The notes under the pieces were generated by a model. That model saw only the letters and a list, made by a program, of their open reading frames with translations, was not told the DNA's origin and ran no database searches. From a virus (Duplodnaviria; Heunggongvirae; Uroviricota; Caudoviricetes): a stretch of 32,439 nucleotides of DNA. The stretch is from IMG/VR virus record IMGVR_UViG_3300021256_000007, positions 1-32,439 of that record; one strand, 5' to 3'. Below are positions 8,658 through 15,883 of this stretch, in pieces. Position numbers and translations under genes: made by a program. Positions within the stretch are counted from its first letter, which is position 1, and the number at the start of each line of letters is the position of its first letter.

Positions 8658-8850
8658 TTTTGAAAGGAAAAACGTAAAAATTAAGTGAAAAGTTTTTAAA
8701 AGTTAAAAATCGATTTTTTTCATTTTTTCATAGAAAATGCGAATTTTTTGCGAAAATAAGTCAAAAAACAAGTCAAAAGTCACTTTTTTTTCAACTAATA
8801 CGTGAGAAAAATGCATTTTTGTATATAATAACCTGAAAAATTTTTGACTT
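8658..8850. other. very AT-rich intergenic region, candidate replication origin
   Basis: A/T tracts; AAGTCAAAA at 8758 and 8770 with an inverted copy TTTTGACTT at 8842; directly upstream of the replicase. Confidence 0.45.
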
Positions 8851-8891
8851 ATTGTCTTGTTCGCTATTTCTCCAGAAAGGAGGTTCGGTTT

Positions 8892-11800
8892 ACGGATTTT
8901 GTAAAAGCGGCGTTAAGGCCGCCTCAGAAAAAAGGACAGCCGGCGGAAGTATATCCGAAGTTTATTACAAAGCAGAGCAAAGACCTTATGATTCGTGGCG
9001 GAGATTTTTATGCAATCTGGGACGCGCGAAACGGACGTTGGTCTACGCGATGGGACGACGTCATTGATCTTATCGATGAAGAGCTTGAGCGCTATAAGGA
9101 AACGGTAAAAGATCAGTATGACGTTATTAAAGTCGCTTATATGTGGGACAGCGATTCGGGAAGCATCGACAAGTGGCGAAAGTATGTCACCAAGCAGACA
9201 AGTGACAATTACTATCCGCTCGATGAGACGCTCGTGTTTGAAAACACAACACCGAAGAGAGAAGACTATTCATCCAAACATGTTCCGTATGCACTTGAGC
9301 ATGGAAGCATCGACAATTGGAATGAACTTGTCGGAACTTTATATTCTCCGGAAGAGCGCCACAAAATCGAGTGGGCAATAGGATCGGTCGTAAGCGGGGA
9401 TTCGAGATGGATCCAAAAGTTCTTCGTGTTTTACGGAGCACCTGGTTGCGGTAAAGGTACGATCCTTGAAGTTATTGAAAAGCTGTTTGAAGGATATTGC
9501 GGCCATTTCGAAGCGGCAGCGTTGGGAACAAACACATCTGATTTTGCGTTGGAATCTTTTAAATCAAATCCCATTGTTGCGATTGATCCCGACGGCCAGT
9601 TGAGCAGAATCGAGACAAATACAAGATTGAATGCGTTGGTGTCGCATGAAGTGCTCACTATCAATGAGAAGTTTAAGAGCAAATACGAAATGCGCATTCA
9701 GACGATGCTGTTCATTGCAACAAACTCTCCGGTAAAGATCACGGATTCGAAGTCCGGCTTACTGCGTCGACTTATTGATATTTCTCCCACCGGAAATAAA
9801 ATACCGAACCGTCGTTACAACCAGCTTAAGAAGAACATTGGATTTGAGCTTGGAGCCATTGCATCTCATTGCCTGGATGTTTACAACGAAGATCCTCATT
9901 ACTATGACGACTATACGCCGCTCAGCATGATGTCGGCAACGAACGACTTCTATAACTTCATGCTGGATAATTACGACGCCTATAAGAAAGAGGAAGGCGT
10001 TAAGCTTGCGGACGTTTGGTTTCAGTATCGGATGTATTGCGATGAAGCCAAGGTTCCATATCCTTATCCGATGCGAATCGTTAAGGAAGAATTGAAGAAC
10101 TACTTTCTGACATATAAGGAACGTGGATATTTGAACGGAAAACAGGAAAGAAATGTTTATACAGGATTTCGTGTTGAAAAGTTCGAAGAGAAGACGTTTA
10201 ACAAAAAGCCGGACAAAAGTAGCGAAGAGAGCTGGCTTCAGTTCAACACCACAGAGAGTATTCTTGACAAGATAGGCGCCGACTGGCCTGCCCAGTACGC
10301 TTATATTAAGGAGGACGGTAGTGACCGGCCTTCCGTGGCGTGGGATGATTGTCAGACGATTCTGAAAGATCTGAACACGGCTGAGCTTCACTATCTTCGC
10401 TGCCCCGAACAGTTTTGTTTCGTTGACTTTGACAAAAAGGATCCGAAGACAGGAAAGAAATCGCTTGAGCTTAACATGAAGGCTGCGTCAAAGTGGCCGC
10501 CTACCTATGCCGAGTTAAGCAAAAGCGGGGCCGGCATCCACCTGACTTATATTTACACCGGCGACATAAGCAAAGTTCTTCCGATCTACGAAAACGATGT
10601 GGAGATCAAGTTTTATACCGGAAAGGCATCGCTAAGAAGAAAGCTGACACGCTGCAATGATATTCCCATCGCGACCATCAGTTCCGGTTTACCTTTGAGA
10701 AAGGAGAATCCCAAAACGGTAAATGAGTACACGATAGAGGATCAAAAGCATTTGCTTGCCGCAGTCCGAAAGGCACTTCGTAAGGAAATCTCTCCGTTTT
10801 CGACGGTTTGCTGCGTCGATTATATCGGAAAGGTTCTGAATGAAGCTTATGAAAGCGGTATGAAGTACGACTTGAGCGAGATGAAACCGCAGGTGCTCGC
10901 TTTTGCCGCTGCTTCACACAATCATTCGCTGCAGTGTCTGGACAAAGCCGAAAACTTTCCGTATTGCAGTGAAACCGAATCGGAATGGGTTCCGCCGGAG
11001 AAAGAGGAGAAGAAGATCGCTTTCTTCGATACGGAGGTCTTTCCGAATCTTTTTATTCTGGTTTACAAACCGGTCGGACATGACTGTATCACACTTATCA
11101 ATCCGGAACCGAACGAGGTTTTGCGTGTGTTCCAGTCGTACAATATGATTGGTTTCAATAATCTCGGATACGATAATCATATTTGTTACGCTCGTATTCG
11201 CGGCGATTCCATTTACGAGCTCTTTACCAGGTCGCAGAACATCATCAATGCACCGAAAGGAAAGAACGATTGGACGATCAACGAATCCAAGAACCTTTCC
11301 TACACAGATATTTTCGATTTCTGCTCCGACAAGAAGGGACTTAAGAAATGGGAGATCGAACTTCAGAAGAAAGGCGTTGATATTCGCCACGACGAAGCCG
11401 GTCTTCCTTGGGACAAACCGGTTCCGGAGAATAAATGGAAGCGCGTGGCTGAATATTGTTGCAATGACGTTATCGCGACCGAGCAGGTCTTCCTTGCCAA
11501 CCAGTCGGACTTTCGAGCGAGAGAAATTCTGGTGGAGCTCTGTAACGCTTTACGCGGTCCAGGCTCGACGGTAAACGATTCGACGAACACACTGACCACC
11601 AAACTGATCGTTGGGAACGAGAAGACGCCTCAGGCGTCGTTTGTGAAGCCTGATCTTTCGAAATTGTTCCCCGGTTATGAGTACAACCCCTACGGTTTCC
11701 CGAAAGAGCGGTATATGGTAGTGGTCGATGATATGCTGCCGACCTGCAACCCGAAGTTGTTCGAGTTCTATGAGTTGGATATTTCCGGGAAGTATGTTAA

Positions 11801-13121
11801 GACCAAGGATGAAGTTCCGATGCTCGGAAAGCAGTATTACCGCTGTACCATGATATCCGGCAAGAGCTGGTATAAGGGTTTCGATCCGGGAGAAGGTGGC
11901 TTTGTCTTTGCCAACTGGGGCATGTACGGATATGCCGAATGCTATGACTCAGCATCTCACCACCCTTCATCGCTCATCGCTGAAAACGGGTTTGGGCCTT
12001 ATACTGAGAACTTCAAGATGCTGCTGGATATTCGTCTGCACATTAAGCATAAGGACTACGACTGGGTTCGTTCGCTGTATAACGGCATTCTGGCTCCCTA
12101 TCTGACGTCTGATGAAGATGCAAAACAACTTAGCAAAGCACTGAAAATCGCTATAAACAGCGTATATGGCCTCACAGCGGCACACTTTACGAATCGTCTG
12201 AGGGATCCGAGAAACGACGACAACTGGGTGGCCAAGAGAGGCGCACTGTTCATGATCGATCTGATGCTCAAGGTAAAGGAAATGGGCTATCGAGTCATCC
12301 ATGTCAAGACTGATTCCATCAAGATCGCCGAGCCGGATGAGCGGGTCTATAATTTTGTTATGGATTACGGCAAAAAGTTCGGGTATACCTTCGAGATCGA
12401 GCATAAGTTCGAGAAGATCTGTCTTGTGAACAACGCAGTTTATATTTGCAAGTATACGGACGCGCCTGAGAACGGTAAAATGGCAGGGAAGTGGGAAGGT
12501 ACCGGAGACCAGTTCAAAGAAGCAAGTTCCCCGTACGAATTTAAAACATTGTTCAGCCATGACGAGATCAACTTTTGGGATCTGTGCGTAACACAGACGG
12601 TAAAGGTTGGTCTCGGTTTATATTTGGATCTGGACGAGAATCTGCCTTCTTCCGAGCTTTTGGAGAAGGAAGAGGACAAATTAGTGAAAAAGTGGCATAA
12701 GGTTCAGTTCGAGCTTTGCGACGAGAACGATAAGAAGCTTGTGGAAGGCTTTAATCCCGTTCTCACGGATATTCCGGATAAGAAACTCGCGCAGTACGCA
12801 AGCGACGAGTATCACAGGGATTATATTCGTCTCTGCGAAGTTCAGGAAGAGATCCGGAAATGCCATGATTACCACTTTGTCGGTAAAGCGGGACTGTTTT
12901 GTCCCATTAAACCCGGATGCGGCGGAGGCCGTCTGGTCCGGGAGAACAACGGTAAGTACGCTTATGCGGCTGGCTCCAAGGATTATCGCTGGCTGGAAGC
13001 GGAAACCGTCCGTGAACTGCACCTCGAAGACAAGATCGATCTTGGATATTTCGAGGGCCTTAAGAATGACGCAATCGCAACAATCTCGCAATTCGGCGAT
13101 TTTGAAGCGTTTGCCAAATAA
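8892..13121 (+). CDS. fused SF3-like helicase / primase-like domain / 3'-5' exonuclease / family-B-like DNA polymerase
   Basis: Walker A GAPGCGKGT; FVDFD and ELSKSGAGIH primase-like motifs; exonuclease motifs FDTE, GFNNLGYD and YCCND; polymerase motifs YDSASHHPS, KIAINSVYG and KTDS; probable start is ACG 8892 (track start is TTG 8844). Confidence 0.85.
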   Translation, partial: TDFVKAALRPPQKKGQPAEVYPKFITKQSKDLMIRGGDFYAIWDARNGRWSTRWDDVIDLIDEELERYKETVKDQYDVIKVAYMWDSDSGSIDKWRKYVTKQTSDNYYPLDETLVFENTTPKREDYSSKHVPYALEHGSIDNWNELVGTLYSPEERHKIEWAIGSVVSGDSRWIQKFFVFYGAPGCGKGTILEVIEKLFEGYCGHFEAAALGTNTSDFALESFKSNPIVAIDPDGQLSRIETNTRLNALVSHEVLTINEKFKSKYEMRIQTMLFIATNSPVKITDSKSGLLRRLIDISPTGNKIPNRRYNQLKKNIGFELGAIASHCLDVYNEDPHYYDDYTPLSMMSATNDFYNFMLDNYDAYKKEEGVKLADVWFQYRMYCDEAKVPYPYPMRIVKEELKNYFLTYKERGYLNGKQERNVYTGFRVEKFEEKTFNKKPDKSSEESWLQFNTTESILDKIGADWPAQYAYIKEDGSDRPSVAWDDCQTILKDLNTAELHYLRCPEQFCFVDFDKKDPKTGKKSLELNMKAASKWPPTYAELSKSGAGIHLTYIYTGDISKVLPIYENDVEIKFYTGKASLRRKLTRCNDIPIATISSGLPLRKENPKTVNEYTIEDQKHLLAAVRKALRKEISPFSTVCCVDYIGKVLNEAYESGMKYDLSEMKPQVLAFAAASHNHSLQCLDKAENFPYCSETESEWVPPEKEEKKIAFFDTEVFPNLFILVYKPVGHDCITLINPEPNEVLRVFQSYNMIGFNNLGYDNHICYARIRGDSIYELFTRSQNIINAPKGKNDWTINESKNLSYTDIFDFCSDKKGLKKWEIELQKKGVDIRHDEAGLPWDKPVPENKWKRVAEYCCNDVIATEQVFLANQSDFRAREILVELCNALRGPGSTVNDSTNTLTTKLIVGNEKTPQASFVKPDLSKLFPGYEYNPYGFPKERYMVVVDDMLPTCNPKLFEFYELDISGKYVKTKDEVPMLGKQYYRCTMISGKSWYKGFDPGEGGFVFANWGMYGYAECYDSASHHPSSLIAENGFGPYTENFKMLLDIRLHIKHKDYDWVRSLYNGILAPYLTSDEDAKQLSKALKIAINSVYGLTAAHFTNRLRDPRNDDNWVAKRGALFMIDLMLKVKEMGYRVIHVKTDSIKIAEPDERVYNFVMDYGKKFGYTFEIEHKFEKICLVNNAVYICKYTDAPENGKMAGKWEGTGDQFKEASSPYEFKTLFSHDEINFWDLCVTQTVKVGLGLYLDLDENLPSSELLEKEEDKLVKKWHKVQFELCDENDKKLVEGFNPVLTDIPDKKLAQYASDEYHRDYIRLCEVQEEIRKCHDYHFVGKAGLFCPIKPGCGGGRLVRENNGKYAYAAGSKDYRWLEAETVRELHLEDKIDLGYFEGLKNDAIATISQFGDFEAFAK

Positions 13122-13155
13122 ATTTATTTTTCAATTTTAGAAAGGAAAAAGTATT

Positions 13156-13698
13156 ATGCAGATCGTTGAAAGAAAGAGCCGTAGTTTTGTTATCGATGGT
13201 ATTGTTGATCGCGAGGTTCGATCCCGCAACTTTGGCGGTGAGGAGAAGAAGGACCGTGTAACGGGCCGCACTGTTAACAGCCCCGGCTATCGTAACTTCC
13301 TGCTTTTTGTGACGGAAGAGATCGCCGAAGAGCTGAAGGACCATGGTTGTGAGGTGAAGTATACCAAGGTGCAGGGTCCGAACGACGTTCCCATGCCCTA
13401 TGTGTCCATTACCGTGAGCTATTTTCTGAAGCCTGTGGAAGCTTGTATGATCTCCAACGGCGTTCCTACGCAGCTGGACGATGCGCACATCTTCCATCTG
13501 AACAACGTGGATATTCGCAACATGTGCCTTGAGCTTGAGCTCGGTAAGGAGAAGATCCACAATAATGGCGTGAAGTATATTCCGCTGTATGCACAGAAGA
13601 TCTGGGTCGAGGTCACGCCCGACTACTTTGCCGAGAAGTACGGCTATATGAATCAGGCTCCTGTTACGGCTCCCGGAACGGAGGAAGAGCCGTTCTGA
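13156..13698 (+). CDS. putative single-stranded DNA-binding protein
   Basis: beta-rich body; acidic/aromatic C-terminus EEEPF; located between the polymerase and helicase genes. Confidence 0.6.
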   Translation: MQIVERKSRSFVIDGIVDREVRSRNFGGEEKKDRVTGRTVNSPGYRNFLLFVTEEIAEELKDHGCEVKYTKVQGPNDVPMPYVSITVSYFLKPVEACMISNGVPTQLDDAHIFHLNNVDIRNMCLELELGKEKIHNNGVKYIPLYAQKIWVEVTPDYFAEKYGYMNQAPVTAPGTEEEPF

Positions 13699-13726
13699 TA
13701 TTTAGAGGTTGAAAGGGGAGTTTTTG

Positions 13727-14959
13727 GTGCAACCCGAATTCGATGAGGGACAGCTCAAAGCTCTCTCAAAACTTCGAAACGGAAATATACTTTGCGGTGG
13801 GGTCGGATCCGGTAAAAGCCGGACCGGCCTCGCTTATTATTTTTGCAGTGTATGTGGCGGACAGATCGACGGCAAGCGAAGAGGCCTTAAGAAGGATCTG
13901 GTTCCGATGCTCTGGCCAAAAGACCTTTATATTATTACAACGGCGAAAAAGAGGGACAAAGGCGAATGGGAAGAGGAACTGGAGCCGTTCGGCTTGAAAG
14001 TCGGAGAGGATGAGAAACCGAAGATCGTGGTGGACAGTTGGAATAACATCAAGAAATACGTGGATGTTACCGGCGCGTTCTTTCTGTTTGACGAACAGCG
14101 TGTCGTTGGCTACGGAAGCTGGTCAAAAGCGTTCATAAAGATTGCACGTTCCAACGGCTGGATATTCTTGTCGGCAACGCCGGGAGACTGTTGGATGGAC
14201 TATTTGTCGATTTTCATAGCGAACGGGTTCTACCGGAACAAAAGGGACTTTGAAAACCGGCATGTCATCTACAGCAGGTATACGAAATACCCGCAGGTCG
14301 ACCGCTATGTGGACGATTATATTCTGACGCGGCTTCGGGATTCTATCCTCGTGAACATTGAGTATGAGAAACCGACCGAACGTCATATGGATATTCGTCT
14401 GGTGAGTTATGACAGGGAAGCTTACAAAGCGCTGATGAAAGACCGGTGGAACATCTACGAAGACAAACCGATCGAGAATGTCAGTGAGCTTTGTTACCTG
14501 CTTCGAAAAACGGTGAATGCCGATCCGTCCCGAATCGAGATGGTTCTGCTGATCGCAAAGGAACGGCCGAGGCTCATCATCTTCTACAACTTCGATTACG
14601 AGCTGGATATTCTCCGAAATGCCGCATGGCCGGAAGGAACGGTCTGTCGGGAATGGAACGGTCATAAACATGAAGAAATACCGGATTCGGAACGCTGGGT
14701 ATATTTCGTAAACTACATGGGCGGTTCTGAAGGATGGAATTGCATTACAACAGATTCCATGCTGTTCTATTCCCAGAACTATTCCTATAAGGCGACCGAG
14801 CAGGCTATGGGCCGAATCGACCGTCGGAATACACCGTACAAAGATTTATATTACTACAGCTTTAAAACCTACGCGCCGATCGATGTCGCAATCGGTCGGG
14901 CACTGAAGAGAAAGAAGAATTTCAACGAGAGCATGTTTTTCCGTTCAAGATCCTCTTGA
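13727..14959 (+). CDS. superfamily 2 (SNF2/DEAD-like) helicase
   Basis: GGVGSGKS Walker A, FDEQ, LSATP, SEGWN and QAMGRIDR motifs; GTG 13727 behind AAGGGGAG. Confidence 0.9.
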   Translation: MQPEFDEGQLKALSKLRNGNILCGGVGSGKSRTGLAYYFCSVCGGQIDGKRRGLKKDLVPMLWPKDLYIITTAKKRDKGEWEEELEPFGLKVGEDEKPKIVVDSWNNIKKYVDVTGAFFLFDEQRVVGYGSWSKAFIKIARSNGWIFLSATPGDCWMDYLSIFIANGFYRNKRDFENRHVIYSRYTKYPQVDRYVDDYILTRLRDSILVNIEYEKPTERHMDIRLVSYDREAYKALMKDRWNIYEDKPIENVSELCYLLRKTVNADPSRIEMVLLIAKERPRLIIFYNFDYELDILRNAAWPEGTVCREWNGHKHEEIPDSERWVYFVNYMGGSEGWNCITTDSMLFYSQNYSYKATEQAMGRIDRRNTPYKDLYYYSFKTYAPIDVAIGRALKRKKNFNESMFFRSRSS

Positions 14960-14962
14960 CCG

Positions 14963-15030
14963 CTTAAAATTCGTAAAATTTACACCGACTATAGTAGGAG
15001 AGAGTAGATACTGCATTTTTTACTCTTTCT
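14963..15030 (+). promoter_or_regulatory. putative phage promoter motif, copy 3, followed by a hairpin
   Basis: CTTAAAATTCGTAAAATTTACACCGACTATAGT followed by a 10-bp stem (14997-15006/15021-15030). Confidence 0.6.
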
Positions 15031-15054
15031 AAGGGTTTTTTGAGGTGAAAAACA

Positions 15055-15345
15055 ATGCTTGAAAGTGAATTTCAGAGAAATTTGATCGGAGAGCTTCAGG
15101 AGATGTTTCCGGGAGCTCTTATCTATAAGAACGAAACAAAACAGGGTTTTCCGGATCTGACGGTGCTTTACGGGGAACACTGGGCGCTTCTGGAATGTAA
15201 AAAATCCGAGAATGCGTCGCACCAACCGAATCAGGATTACTATGTCGAACGAGCGGATCAAATGTCTTTCTCTCGATTTATCTATCCTGAAAACAAGCAG
15301 GAGGTATTGAATGAACTTCAATCGGCATTTCGAACTCGAAGGTAA
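15055..15345 (+). CDS. VRR-NUC-like PD-(D/E)XK endonuclease
   Basis: LESEFQ...GFPDL...LLECK...Q motif pattern; 96 aa. Confidence 0.8.
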   Translation: MLESEFQRNLIGELQEMFPGALIYKNETKQGFPDLTVLYGEHWALLECKKSENASHQPNQDYYVERADQMSFSRFIYPENKQEVLNELQSAFRTRR

Positions 15346-15883
15346 ACACGCCATACTAAGCCCGAGTAAACCCTACTGGTTGAACTACAATCAGGATCAG
15401 CTCAGAGCTTATATTCTCTCGCAGAACGCAGCCGCGCGAGGAACCAGACTTCATGATCTGGCGGCAAAACTGATTCAGGAGGGATTGAAGCTCAGAGGAT
15501 CTACGCAAACTCTGACAGCTTATGTGAATGACGCCATCGGTTACGGCATGACACCGGAAGTAGCACTGAAATATTCCGACACATGCTTCGGCCATACGGA
15601 TGCCATTGACTTCAGTCATGGTTTACTTAGAATTCACGATTTGAAAACGGGTACCGGTCCGGTGCACATGGAGCAGCTTGAAATTTACGCTGCTCTTTTT
15701 CTTTTGGAATATGAACGCGCCTTCGGCGTGAATCCTTTGAACACCAAGGTCAATCTTCGAATCTATCAGAACGATGATATTCAGGAATGGTCTCCGGACA
15801 AGGATCGAATGGAGGAACTAATTTGCACCATTAAAGAACGCGATGCCTGGACACAGGAAACGATGCGGGAGGTTGAAGGGTAA
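15311..15883 (+). CDS. PD-(D/E)XK (Cas4/RecB-like) exonuclease-family protein
   Basis: GTRLH...GHTDAI...IHDLKTG...QLEIY motifs. Confidence 0.75.
   Translation: MNFNRHFELEGKHAILSPSKPYWLNYNQDQLRAYILSQNAAARGTRLHDLAAKLIQEGLKLRGSTQTLTAYVNDAIGYGMTPEVALKYSDTCFGHTDAIDFSHGLLRIHDLKTGTGPVHMEQLEIYAALFLLEYERAFGVNPLNTKVNLRIYQNDDIQEWSPDKDRMEELICTIKERDAWTQETMREVEG

Noticed and set aside
8844-8891. TTG start for the replicase
   Set aside because: No SD upstream, and the extension would translate through an obvious RBS
15311-15883. Cas4-like nuclease as a sign of CRISPR
   Set aside because: No array or other cas genes; stand-alone PD-(D/E)XK nucleases are common in phage replication modules
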